A stretch of 64,000 bases of DNA, taken from NCBI GenBank assembly GCA_030704615.1, contig CM060734.1, positions 45,012,001 through 45,076,000 on the forward strand, written 5' to 3'. How positions within the stretch are numbered: position 1 is the stretch's first letter; each line of letters starts with the position of its first letter. This document shows positions 14,701-27,336 of this stretch, piece by piece. A program made the translations under genes and the position numbers. The notes beneath the pieces were generated by a model. The model saw only the letters and a program-made list of their open reading frames with translations. It searched no databases and was not told the origin of the DNA. Origin of the DNA: Takakia lepidozioides (Eukaryota > Plantae > Bryophyta).

Positions 14701-17700
14701 TCCCTCTGGTCTGTGAGATTTTATAGTTAACTAGTTTCTAGGAACGTTGAACTTTCATGCTTGTGAATGTGAGACCTTTACAACTTTTTCGTGTTGAGAT
14801 GATTTGATGGAACATATATGACCTTATACTTGTTGCCTGACTTATACATCCACCTCCCTTTCTAAACTTAGAATCTCATTGAAAACATGGAGTTTTCACA
14901 TATGTATGGATTTTCTTGAGTTTAGTTGTCAAGGGACTGAAATAGAGTAGGTATATTTTCAAACTATCAACAATTTGGTTGTGAAGATGAGAAGATTAAC
15001 ACATAGGGTGAAGATTCTTGTACAAGGAGTCCTTCATGGCTTCATTTACTGTGCAAGCAATATTGATGAGCTTCTAATTAAACCATGGGGTGGATACTCG
15101 CTGTATATGAAGTCCTTCGTGGCTTGATTATTTTTGCAAGAAGCAATTGGCACGCAAGTGTGACAATTGTATATGTACACAACTATCAAAAGTTGTGGAC
15201 AGAGACGTATAATCCTATTTGCTTGATGTACATGGTAAGTGGGTTGTCAATGGTTGTTATGTCAGCTGATGGAATTGCCTAAGTGTGTTTCAAGTCAATT
15301 TCTGTCAATGCTAGCAGAAACTAACTATTGCTGAAAGTATGTGTATTGTAGGTGTGACTAACGGAACGAAATACTCTGCCTTGTTAGATAACAAGGATGG
15401 CCACAAGCCGAATGCTGTTGAACTAACGTCTATGGTTCCACCTTATTGAGTGAGCAGATCACAGGGAGCAAGAATACCAAATCTGGTGTTAGCTACCGCT
15501 TGAAGTACCTCTGTTATGAAGATGAAGGTAAGTGGCAACAGCATTATGGTCCTGTTTTGTCGTACGCCTTCTATGTCTAAGTACATACATTTGTGATGTA
15601 GGTGGATGGATGTTTCCACCTTGTCGGTCATTTCTCTCTCTCCTTCAGTGGAGATACTGTCAAGACTAATCGTTAGTTTACATCAGGCAATGTGGATCTT
15701 GAAATGCAATGTTTTGTGTACATGAAATACTCATCTACTACTATCTATGTATTTGTGTGATATGTGTTTCCAAAGTGAGGAGTGTTCCCTTCTTTTGTCT
15801 CTTGCAAACCTCATTTCACTGTTGCAAATGACTTACTTGAAAAGGAGAGCATCAGAGGGTATGTGACACACATCTTCTGGGGTGCAAGAATAGTGGTTAG
15901 TAGCAATCTCCCCCTTCCCTAGACTCTAGTAGCCATCTTACTAACCGCAACTGCTGGGCCAAACGTAGAACAACAGAAAAGCCTACGTAGCGGATCTACT
16001 TCTTAAGTAGATTCAGCACAATTTCTAATTTTTCTCAGTTCTAGGTATGGTATCTGGGGTTAACTTTACCCACAATTGGAGTATGAAAGGGTCATAGAAG
16101 ATGTGTGCTTCTGCATGCAATGTGGTATCCTAAATATCGATCGTTATTTTTGCTTAGCATAAATAGTTGCCTTGTTATGTGGCTCGAAGACCAAAAAGAA
16201 AAAAGGTTCTCCTCTAAAATAGACTTCGATGTGCTTCTTGAGCTTGCTGTTACTACACATTATTTTACTAATAGGGACTTCTGTTCAGCCCCATGAAGAA
16301 CTCTTATGTCTATTCATCTTTGTCTATTTATGTTTATAGATCTGGACGTCTTGAAGTTCCATCGCAGCAGCCAGTCCGTGCCTTCAATTCATACTGGAAA
16401 ATCTCCCTTAGTCTCAGAACCGTTATGAAGCTTATTTTTGGTTTATTTCACCTTGGACACCATACCACTACTTTAGATTTGTAATTTGGCAAATTGTCAA
16501 TAGTTTCAGTTGTCCCATCAGTTTCACCTTGGATGCCCAACCGATATTGTTGACTTTGTTGTGAAACAAGATGTCAATAGTTTTTGGTCATTCCTTCAAT
16601 TTGAAAGCCTTGACTTTGTATTATGAAATTTCTTTTATTCATAGCTAACTTAGTAAATTCTGACGGGGTATTTGAAGGTCAATTTACTTCAGGACTGTAG
16701 ATCAATCCATTTGAAATATGCTCGGATTGAAAACTGTTCTTCTTTGGAACTATGTGACAACGGCGATTATATGTGCCTTTGTTCCAAAAAGACCTTGTCA
16801 CAGAACTCTCCACCTTCCAAACAAAACTTAGGGTCATGATAACCTAACCAAATTTATCATCCTGTTCATCTGATTAGGGTAGTGAATTTGCTACCTTAAC
16901 TCCTATGGTTCCTATCAATGTACATGATGAAGGAGGTGAGTGGAGCTAATTATATCAATTTGTCGAGGTCCACAGAGGAGCATTGGACTCAAGCATCTCA
17001 AATCAGGCCTGACACAAGGAAGTCTGCCAACAAAGTATATGAATCCATGCTCCGTCCATTGCCACCTCCTTTTGCTGAAAAAGAGGCTTTGCAACGTGGT
17101 GATGTCAACCACAGCGGCAAAGTGATTCTGCATACCAGGGCTTGGGAGGTTGGAGATTTGGTTGACTGGTGGAAAGATGATTGCTGGTGGGAAGGTACAA
17201 TCAGTGCGATTTCAAAACAAAACAAGATCAAGGTACTTATGCCCTTGTTGCTGGCAGTTCATCACCCTAGTCATTTAGATTGCTTACTAAAAGACTAGAT
17301 GGAGTCATTGTCAATAAGACAAACCTTATTTTGATACTATTTTCCGGGGATTCTATTTTGGTGGGTTCCTATGTGAAATGTGTTACCCACATTGCTGGTG
17401 TTAATGATTGTGGAGGCTAAGGAATTTATCAACAAGGTCCACCACCACTTAATATCACTTTCTGTTAATAAGCAAGGCCTTAACTTTTAGGGCTCTTGCG
17501 ATGACTCTCACCAATACCCAGATAGTCTTGTCTCTTTTGGGCGGGGTCTATAGCCACAAGGCTACAGCAAACGAAGTCTTATGAGTACATTTCTCTCTCT
17601 CTAGGTAAGTCACACTACCAGACTGAGCCCCTCACAAAGGTAGTATCTGTTCCCGTGTTGTTCTGCGCAAACTGCTGGCGGGGTCTATGGCCACAGGGCT

Positions 17701-20100
17701 ACGGCAAACAACGTCTTATGAGTACATTCTCTCTTTTGTTCTGTGTAGGTATCCTTGCCGGATCCTCCACAGGGAGAAGGTTTAGTTTATCAGGTCAAAC
17801 CAGAGCATCTGCGTGCATCATTGGTGTGGGATATGGCCACAAAGAAGTGGATGTTTCCAGTCCCGAAGGTTGTCTTCTGACCTACCTTTTGCTTGAGATT
17901 CTGAAGGCAATTGTAATACATTCTACTTTCTTTTGGGTTTAGGGTTTCTACCTATGCTAGGTGCGAATAGGAAGTGATGAGTTCTCAGATAGTCCGGCTG
18001 CAGCATTTGTGCTTTGGAGTGCTATAGGTCATCTTGTTTGGGCTTTCAACTTTCAACAAGTGTCCGTAAGAAGCTGCTGCTATTTATAGACAAGATGAAA
18101 GAGAGTGATGGCCGCAAGTAGATGTTTAGTTCATTGGTGATGTACACACTTTTGGTCCTGAAATCCCTAATCATCCATGGTAGTCCTTCTCTGCCTAGCA
18201 TGTGTTGCTGTCACTGCAAATTCAAGCACAATGATCACAAAAAAAACAAACTCTTTGCTTGCTTTTCAAATATGCTCTCTGTGCAGGAAACTGGCAATCA
18301 TCAGCCATGTGCTGAGGAGTTCAAAGTGCCCAGTGGCTGGCCCACCCCACCTGGCAAAAATGTCGAGGGCTCGCCTGAGAAGCAATCAGGACCTACGCAA
18401 GTTGGTGGGAGTTCTCCTGGTGCTTTTAGATCTCTCCGGCGGACATCCAATGAATCAGTGGATGATGCAGGAAAGAATATACCCACCCAACAAAGTGGGA
18501 GGATTCAGCGGAGAATGCCAAATTCAACCTCAACTACCACCAAGAGAATTTTGCAGGCTGGGAAATCAAAGACTCCACCCTCGTCTCCCTCCAGTGTCTT
18601 GCCAGCCAGAGGTGCAAATCCTTCGGCTAGTCAGCAAATGGATGATCCTCCTGCTAAACGACTAAGAAGCTCAGGTAGAAGCTGGTTCTTTGTCATTTAT
18701 CTTCTTTTGACTATGTGAATATGCCCTTTGAGTGGTTGAAGTCTGATTCAGGTTCCCTTAGTTTGGTATGTCCACGGCTGCATTAGCTAAAGTACTCTTG
18801 GTCTGGCTTTCCAAGAAAAGCCATACTAGGTTGGTGGTCAGGAGAAGTCTTGGGGTTTCCGATTTAAGAAGTGAGCCCACCATGTCACTGGAGGCTGGTA
18901 TGAGAGGATCCAGTGGGGCAAGGATGAAAACATTGGAACCCTCAAAGTGTCTTTGTTGTGCAGATGGGGCAGGCAAGAGTAAGGACACCGCGGTTAAGAA
19001 GCTTGCAAGTTTTAAGCATCTCAGGGCCATTTGTGATTTGTTGCCTCAAACTTCCAGTCAGCAAGAACTATCTGCAACGGTTAAAACAAGAGGGAGAAAG
19101 CAAGAAGTAACAAATGACTCTCAAGTTGGAAAGACACATGTGCAACTGCGCAGTAGAAAGGGCAAGGGGGTTGGGAATGGCAGTCCAAGCACTTCAGTAC
19201 CCGTTCTCCGCAGCAAACGAGGGGGTCAAAACCCTCTGACAATGGCAAATTCGGGACGAGACATTCACCGAAAGAGGAGAGACTATGGTATCCTCATTAA
19301 ACATACGAAATTGAAGTCTCCAGGTTTTTGACAAACAAAATGTGACAAATATTCAACTATCTTTTGCAACTTTTTGCTAGCTATTAGTTGTAAAGTCAAT
19401 TAACACCAACAGTATGTTTATAGTCCCATGAATTTACTACACTTTGATATCTTTATTTGTCTAATATATTGAAACTAACTGTAAATTATTGTACTTCCTA
19501 ACGATTTCAAGGCCATGGCTGTTGAAAGGTTTGAGTAATTATCACCAAGAGATAGTATTGCTTCACACCAGCTATTGGCCTGTTGTTTTGTTGCTGTTTA
19601 TTCTAAAGGACTTATATGTAGATAACACACGTTTCTTTCTATTGAAACATAAAGAATGAAGATTGCCACTCATATTTGTAGTCTTGAGGTCAGGGCTAGT
19701 CTCTTTGGATTGCAGAAGTTTTTTGGCAACTAAAGGTTTTGTGCAGCTCGAGTACCACTAATGCTCTTCATATGTTGGACTAAAGGGATATGAAAGCAAT
19801 GGACTGGAATTATAACAGTTTAGATTTTTGTGATGAAGAGTCATTTGAGAGAGCCGTCTCTCTGCAGAGTTCTCCTGAACCTCAGTTGGGCTCCTTCCAC
19901 CGGAATAGAGAATCACATTTGATGCAACGAACCAAGATTCTACTACCCTCTTTGCCTCCTTCTATCCCTAAGCAATCCCTATGTATCAATTTTTCAGCAA
20001 GGTTGAGGAGGTATGGCAGTCTCAAGCTGAAGGGCACGTCATATCTGACGCTCAAGAGGAACTTGAACAGAGCTCTCTGTTGATCCAGAATCATGAATAG
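12868..20100 (+). pseudogene. Agenet/Tudor-domain family gene, probably disabled (paralog C)
   Basis: Exon ~12868-12955: MSTDLPFH, frameshift, ELRSFEEGYRGAWFTCV|gt; exon 16976-17232: ESMLRPLPPPF..WEVGDLVDWWKDDCWWEGTISAI; exon 17749-17868: VSLPDPPQGEGLVYQVKPEHLRASLVWD; basic disordered exons ~18287-18674 and ~18964-19287; last exon ~19868-20100 has several stops. Confidence 0.8.
17541..17733 (+). repeat. Paired ~60-bp dispersed repeat in an intron
   Basis: Two copies of GCGGGGTCTATRGCCACARGGCTACRGCAAAC..GTCTTATGAGTACATT; related paired copies on the minus strand at 61190-61325. Confidence 0.8.
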
Positions 20101-23010
20101 GTACATATTCTCTTAACCCTATCTATCCTTTGCTCTGTCAGTAATTGCTAACCTTGTGCATCTTCTGGCAGCTCTTACCACTTGTTGGTCATGTAATGTC
20201 CACTGATTTGTTTGTGTGTTTTAGTGATTACCCGGTCTTATTGGTTCTACACTGTGTCAGCCCCTCCCTCCCTTTCTTTTCCCCATTCCAGAAATGTCTC
20301 CTCATTTGCCTGGTAATCGGTCGCTGCCTTGAGGCGAATTTTAAGACGAGGTTCCTTCAAAGTGGACTAATGATTTTTTGGACAACACAATTGGACCTGG
20401 TTAAATCCTTTCATATTTTGTAACTTGAAAAATATAGTGTGAGGAATTTCAGAGGCAACACAATGTGGTGTATTAATACTCTACCAGGTCAACCCTAAGC
20501 CTTTCATACCTGATGGACTTGATTTTGAGATAGTGCGAGTCTAGTGGAAGTCACATTGAGCGCAATAATTTGGTACAAACAATGAACTTCATAGCAAGAA
20601 GGCAAAAAGAGGTTGACATCTGCATATTTATGACAAAAAAATTTACATTAAGTCTAAGGTATTCACACACCAGCCTTTCTGGGATGAAGTGTCACCATAA
20701 CTTATGCTTGTTTCGTTAAGAGTCCAAAAAAAACCTGGTCCAGGTACACTATGAGCCTAACATTTGTGAACTTTGGTAAAGAGAACATAGATGGGGAGGA
20801 GGGGGCAATTGAAGCCCTACATATGAAGTTAGAGATGTGGAAAATCAAGTATTTTTTAAATTGGGATAGCGTGTCACATGCTAAAAATTGAATAAAATTG
20901 GTTTGGAATCTATAAACTTACCATTGGTGATTGAAATTCAAATTTGATGGTTATGGATAGGTTTTCTAAGAAAATGCTTATAGTGGTTGTCGACTTCTTT
21001 TTATTTGAGCTTCAAGAAATAAGATATCATGTATTGATGACTGTAGGCCCAAGAGCTGCAACCAAGCAAGTCAAAAAGTTTGCATTTTATTGAAAATTTA
21101 TTTTGTGTGGTTGTAATGCAAGGTGGTTTTGGAGCATTGCCAAAGCACAGTGCGTTTTGATTTCAATAGAAAGAAGAGAGACTAGAAGAGATGAGAGAAA
21201 ATAATTTGTACTTTGTAATGATGATTGATTATTTTTTAAATTACACTGTGAAGTATTAAGTATTGTCAATTTTTCATAGTAAAAGAGATTGAGATTTTCA
21301 TGATTGGTTGAGAATTGTACATGGGTTGAGGTTATGTAATTGTGATGTACTATGGAATCTGTTTTTTTTTAATTTCATAAATCTTGAATTAGATCTTGTT
21401 GTAAGTGGTTATTTTAGGAGGTACATATTAGTTGTAAGTCCTTTTAGCATATGTGTTTCAAATGTTTACTAAAGGCTATGTAGCACAAAATGCCGTGACG
21501 GGAATCTTTTAAAATATTTTAAACATAGTGATGGAAAACGACATTAGGATGCGGATGTGAGTGGATTCATGACTCTGACTTACAACGTGACGTCGACGTA
21601 TTTAGTCTTTAGAGAGTCATTTTGTGCAACCTAGACCAAAGGTTTTACTTATACTAAAGTACGGAGAAAATTTGCAGAGTCATTTTTATTTTAAAGATCA
21701 GTTGTAATGAATAGACATATTCAGGGCAACTTGGTCCAAACCTCTTCCAAAGAGTTAAAAGTTCTCATATACCGGGTCTTCCCAACCCATTGTCCCATCC
21801 CCAACCATTACCATCCATTTCATAGAATTTACTTACTGCCACGACCGTTTCTCCAGGTCCTCCATCCTCAAAAACCGCCAAAAATATGCACCACTCATCC
21901 TTGCTATTAGCCGACGGGGATGGGCCACAAGCTTACTCACCGTCACCGTCATCATTGCAGGCACCATAGGGGGTATACATAATGTCAGCATCTATGCTCT
22001 TCAAAACAACTAATTGAGGGACAAATGTCAGGTTTAGCATGGGGGTGATTTGTATGTGTTTATGGGGGGGGGTTCAAACTACCTTCATGACAAATATTTA
22101 GAATTTGGGAGTTGGCCTCCACAAAATGCTATGAAATATTGCTCAAATTCCAAATCCTTTTGGTGAGGGAGTGATTCTATTCACACCTACACCCTGGTCC
22201 AAATTATTCCCACATCCAATGGTAGAAATTGTAAAAAATTGACCCCCGAGCGGCCTGAAGTGCTGTCCAATCAGAGATGGCCACGTAGCAGTCAACTCTG
22301 CGTGGCCCCCTCCATGCAAGAGCACATCTGACCCTGCGGGTTTTGGAAATTTCTGGACGTGGCAGACTTTCTCCAAATGGCATGCTGCCAATTGGAGACG
22401 ACCTGCCATGTCGTCAGGTCCTTTATTGCTGAAGAAACGACCTAAAAATATTAAGATCTGCAAAAGTTACGTTAATCATGTTCTATGAAACCTGAAATGG
22501 GTTCCATAGGAAGTTAAGGGTTAATACATTCACTGGAGGTCATAATCTAAAGAGTAATGAATAAAGATGATATTTTAGGCTGTTGAAAAAATACGACTAC
22601 AAATTATTAACAAGACTTTCAAAAAAATTATACTAATATCCAATTATTAACAAATGACACTTTCTTCGCATTCACAACAATTGTCTTTCTAAGTATTGTC
22701 AATGAGCCTATAAAGAGGGGTTGACGTGAATCATTTGTAGGGCCACAAAGTTTAGCTTCAGGCCGTTCTTTTGAGACCATCCCCACTCTTTCAGCATGAG
22801 GGAGCTGAAAGGTTTTCATTTAGACAGCAGGAAAGTGACAAAACCAATGTTTAGTTAGTTAAGCTTTTATGGGGTTTCCAAGGTAGAGGGTGGTGGTTTG
22901 CTAGGTTTTAAAGATAAGAGATGACATTTCCGGCTGACACCATGGAATTGTATAGGCCCCATCACAATGACTAGTTAATTAGTTTTGCCAAGCACGTTTT
23001 GCTATGAAGA

Positions 23011-24265
23011 TGTATTTTAGCTTTCAAGATTATCCTATCCATTTGGATGAGGTCAACAAATTGGGTCTCTGATCATAATCCTTTACATGTGATTCATGTT
23101 GTACCAAACTACATGTCCCCACAATAGCTTTACACTACAAAGGAAATATATCTCTAGTGGAGCAGGAATCTTGGTGGAGATAGTTGGCAAATTTTCTATT
23201 AATCTTGATGATGCAGTCCATCTTAATGAAGCTGAGTACGAGGAAGGAAAGAATATAGAGAAAAGAACGAGGTGTAATGGCGGCATTTAAGAATGTGAGA
23301 GTGGTGTTGAGTGATGACAAGTGTCTAGCACTGATAGGAGCACGTACTGTTTTAGCAACTTACAATGATGGCGTCATCTTCATCTTCAGCAGCTGATGAG
23401 ACGAACGCACCATACGAGCAAATGCCGGAGTCTAATTTTTGGGACTCTACTCCCGGGTTCAATGCTCAAGTCGACGATACATCCCAATTTAATAGTCAAA
23501 TTAGTTGACTATCTCCAAGAGAACTACTTCCGTGACTTGAGCTGGTCCTAGATGCGCCTTCTGCGCATAATTTGGGTACGAGAGTTTGAACAGACAGTTG
23601 CGACAGAGGGACTTAAGATCGCCGAAACCACTTGGTGGAGGCCCAAGAGCAAAGAAAAAAGGTCATTGAAGCACTGTAGGGTGCTTAGGCAGTCAGGATC
23701 CTACAAAGCCTTCACGATGCTCAGAGTTGCAAGAAATCTACCTTTATCCATTACCAAAGAACGATTGTTGAGGGGTGAGAGACTGAGTTGGGCTGAACTA
23801 AGTGTTTCATAATTCACCATTGCGAAAGAAATTACTCCTGAGCTTTGTTACTTTGAATCCTCTACAGAAACCAAACCATGTACGTTTGTTGGAATTAGTT
23901 CGGGGAGGGAAGCTCGTTAGTCTTGGCAAATCTACGTCATGTATGGAAGCCTGAGCATAATGCTGAATTGACATGGGCAGATGATCACGTAGCAAGGGTT
24001 GTTGAAAGGTTTTTGCACACTGAGAATGATGATCTTATTTTCCTTGGTGCCACCTTCCGTTCAGAGGCTTGAGCGCCTTGACCAATGTAGTAGTCTCGGT
24101 TTATCTTGTACACACCTTGATAGCCAAAGAGAAGATCATTTGGTCTGTAGTTTGGGTGGCATTTTGGCTTAAGGTAGGTAGACATGGAACTCTAGCATAT
24201 TCTAGGAGAAGCCGTATACATGCTACACAAACAACGTTTTGTCAGTTTGTATTGTATCACTGACT
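23011..24265 (+). mobile_element. Diverged 5' relic of the same gypsy family (short LTR, Ala-PBS, decayed extra ORF)
   Basis: GGAATCT|TGGTGGAGAT at 23165-23181 mirrors 26191-26208; leader motif TACTGTTTTAG is shared; decayed ORF from ATG 23365 has RLSWAELS and VHTLIAKEKIIWSVVWVAFWLKV, homologous to 26378-27307. Confidence 0.8.
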
Positions 24266-25136
24266 ATAAGCTGTAATAGCTACAACTGGTAATGGGAATA
24301 TAAAACCTCTTTAAAGTCTTATGTTTGGAATATTTTTGTGATAACTAGAGCACATCATCACCCCATTCCATTCTCAACTGTTCGACTGTTAAGAGTAAAG
24401 CTTACACCTGTCAAGTTATTTTACCACTAGTGTGAAACTAGCTAGGAAATAGCTAGCTTTTACATATTGATATTTGGGATTGGCCCAAGTGTCAATCCAG
24501 GGGTCAAGGCAGATTTAGGCCCTGGAGTGGTTATCTTCACGGCAAGCGCAGGAGGCTCATCTTTCTCGAGTTGAGCCTCACCGCGCCTAGCTATGGCGCC
24601 ATAGTGTGGATTCCCCATGGCGTGGGGTGCACTTGGCTTGACTTGTATTTGAGTGATGAGGTTATATATGCATGAGTTTATGCTTCAGATTTGTGAGCTC
24701 GTGCTTGTATTCTTCTTCTTTATCACTCGAGAAAGATGAGCTCGTATCTGTGAGTGCCAGATACGAGTTAGTTGTAGCACTTGTGGTTTTTGCTTGAGAA
24801 TGAGAGAAACCAGGTTGTTATGCAAGGAGCACCGTGGAGCTCTTGGTTGTTAGAAGTGGAGGCGATGTGGGTTACGAGGTGGTAGACCTTGGCATTCGAT
24901 CTTTAGCTTCAGAGATGAAAGCACCATACTGCAGGGCTAGAACAGGAGCTAAGAGGTGCGGCAAGGCCATGGAATGTGCACCTAGGGTTTCAGAGCTTGG
25001 AAGAAGAGCTCTTGCACCACAAGAGGAGTGTCTTGTGGCTGGAAATGTAAGCCTTAGGGTTTCAGGAGCTTGGCAAAGGCTGTGGAGTACTTAGTCTTGT
25101 CTTAGAGAGCATCAAGGAGCCAAGGAGCCAAGATAG

Positions 25137-25580
25137 GGGGCTGATACCTCTTGTGTGAAGAGGTTGCATGTGTGGAGCATGTATTCAGCTCATTGAAGCT
25201 TCCATCTTCAAGCTTGGATGGCAAGCAAGGAAGAGGGAAGGGCTGACTTCTCTTATGTGAGAGCAATGCATGTATGGAGCATGTTTTCAGCCTGTTGAAG
25301 GCTTGTACTTTCAGGTTTGGGAGTGCAAGAAAGGAAGGGGTTGGTTTCCATGTAGGGCATGTGTGGAGCATGCTTCCAGCCCGCTGAAGCGTGTATTTTC
25401 AGGTTGGTGGGTGCAAGAAAGAAAGCAAAGGGGCTGATTCTCTGGTGGTGAGAGTGGGGCATGTGTGGAGCATGCCTTCAGTCCATTGGGCTTTTGTTTT
25501 CAAGCTTTAGAGAACTAGAAGAGAAGGTAAGGGGCTGATCTGCTCTTATGTGACAGTCCGAGACTTGTAGAGCGTGTTCT
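25137..25580. repeat. Degenerate tandem array, ~5 units of ~95-105 bp
   Basis: Recurring GGGCTGA..GCATGTGTGGAGCATG..CAG..TGAAG..TTCAAG/TTCAGG units. Confidence 0.7.
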
Positions 25581-25698
25581 TAGTTGGGGTTTCAACCTCA
25601 AGCCTAGATAGAGCATGGCTCTTGAAGTGGCAGATGTAGGGGGCTGGAATAAGCTCTAAAACAGATGCTATGGCCAAGGAATATTGGGTTTTTGATGC

Positions 25699-26198
25699 TG
25701 TAATGGCCAGATTCCTTCTACCTACCTTTTCGACATTTGGATGAACAAACGTTGGATGATGACCGTTGAAAAAGGGCTTGGATGAAACCAGCTGGAAACA
25801 ATCTATTTTTAAACTAAGTATTGTCTTATGTTAACTACTAGTTTATCTCTAAAATAGAATGAGGTGACGTCTTATCTGGACAGACACCCGGATGGCATCC
25901 AAGTGACCAATCAGGGCTTGCCACTTGGTTAGATGAGATTGTGGGCCTTCGTTTATAAAAGAGATCAACACGACGCTTAAGGCGGCGGTGTACGTTTGGT
26001 GTGTAAACCCTACTGTACCTGTGTGTGAGTTTTGGATGAAGAAGGTGTGAATGAGGATGTGTTGTTAAACCGTATGAGTGATTTTGACTCCTCTCCATTG
26101 GCTCCTGCCTATCTCGCTAGCCTGCTTTACCGAGCACACATCCCCTTGATAGCTCAATATTCGTAGAGGAAGAGGAATAACGGGGTGGGCGAGAATCT
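25699..26198 (+). repeat. 5' LTR core (lacks the terminal GGCTTTACA)
   Basis: Starts TGTAATGGCCAGATTC, ends GAGAATCT directly against the PBS; has an ~80-bp segment absent from the 3' copy. Confidence 0.93.
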
Positions 26199-26216
26199 TG
26201 GTGGAGATGGGGGGTA
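26199..26216 (+). promoter_or_regulatory. Primer binding site complementary to the tRNA-Ala 3' end
   Basis: TGGTGGAGATGGGGGGTA versus TGGTGGAGATGCGGGGTA, the reverse complement of the plant tRNA-Ala 3' end as recalled; 17/18 match. Confidence 0.85.
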
Positions 26217-26377
26217 GGATTTCGTTAATCATTAGCTGCACATTCTTTCCTTGTACGTCAGATAGCTGTACGCTGACACTATTACCATGGCGGCGCTCTA
26301 CTGTTTTAGTTCTCGCTCGTGTTTTTGCTTGTTCCTGGCTTTCACGGTATCTGCTTGCACTTCTGCAACCTGCGGCA

Positions 26378-27307
26378 ATGGCCTCGTCTTCTAATCCTCC
26401 AACTGACGTTGAGCTCAACGCGTACAAAGAAACTCCCACTGGTCATTTTGAGTCGATTTTTGCCAGCATTGTGCGTGCTTCGGTTGATCCTAGCCTGGTG
26501 GTTGAAGTTGATTATCCGCCTCTTGGTGCCCCGGTTGAACACTCTGAATTTGTCCTCGACACACCTTCTGATCACTGGGTGGCTCAGTTTGAGTTGACCG
26601 CTGCGTTGGAGGGTCTGAAGCCCACCCACACCCCGCAAGAAGAAGCGGAGCAGAGGCGAAAGTGTATCCAAGCCTTTGAAGGGGCCCGAGCGGCCAAGGC
26701 CCTGCAGCGACTCTTTGCTGCGGAGATAGCCCGCAAGTTTCCATTACCTGAGGCCAAAGACAAGCTCTTGAAGGGTTGGCGGCTCTCGTGGGCTGAACTT
26801 GGTATTCCGCAATTCACCGTAGCTGGGGAGGTTGCTGGCGAGTGCGAGAACTTCCTTCCGCCCAACTTACCCAGTGCGCATCGTCTGTGGGAGCTGGTGA
26901 AAAGTGGCAGTTCACTTGTCTTGGCCAACCTGCGGCCTACCTGGAAACCTGACTACAATGTGGACATAACTTGGGATGACCATGTTGTAGGCATTCCCGT
27001 CTCTTGCTTTCCTCATACTATGCATGATATTTTGATTTTCCCTGCTATTGTGTTTAGACAGGAACGACTGGGTTACTACTTGCCTGGATTTCCTGTTACT
27101 GATTATCCAGTGCATACACTGCTTGCCAAGGAAAAGTTTATCCGCTCCATTGTTCGAGTGGCTTTTTGGCTCAAAGTGTTCGAAGAACTGTGGCACTTTA
27201 TGGGTGAAGGTGTTTACATGCTTCACAAACACAAATTCATAAGTGGCAATTGCATCAAGGACTGGGAGTCCAAATTGCGTCCTGCACGATCCTCCAGCAG
27301 AAGGTAA
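26378..27307 (+). CDS. Intact extra ORF upstream of gag (309 aa), function unknown
   Basis: Uninterrupted ORF MASSSNPPTDVE..RSSSRR* between PBS and gag; decayed homolog at 23365-24265; no domain I recognise. Confidence 0.85.
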   Translation: MASSSNPPTDVELNAYKETPTGHFESIFASIVRASVDPSLVVEVDYPPLGAPVEHSEFVLDTPSDHWVAQFELTAALEGLKPTHTPQEEAEQRRKCIQAFEGARAAKALQRLFAAEIARKFPLPEAKDKLLKGWRLSWAELGIPQFTVAGEVAGECENFLPPNLPSAHRLWELVKSGSSLVLANLRPTWKPDYNVDITWDDHVVGIPVSCFPHTMHDILIFPAIVFRQERLGYYLPGFPVTDYPVHTLLAKEKFIRSIVRVAFWLKVFEELWHFMGEGVYMLHKHKFISGNCIKDWESKLRPARSSSRR

Positions 27308-27336
27308 CCACTTTGTTTTTAACACGACAAACTACA

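Noticed and set aside
17678-17733. Hammerhead ribozyme in the dispersed repeat (GCAAAC..GTC..TTATGAG)
   Set aside because: The CUGAUGA and GAAA cores are not intact and the stems do not form convincingly
21470-23000. DNA transposon or MITE remnants
   Set aside because: TE-like composition, but I could not define TIRs or TSDs
25137-25580. CRISPR-like periodic repeats
   Set aside because: The whole unit is homologous between copies, so there are no unique spacers; no cas genes; eukaryotic context
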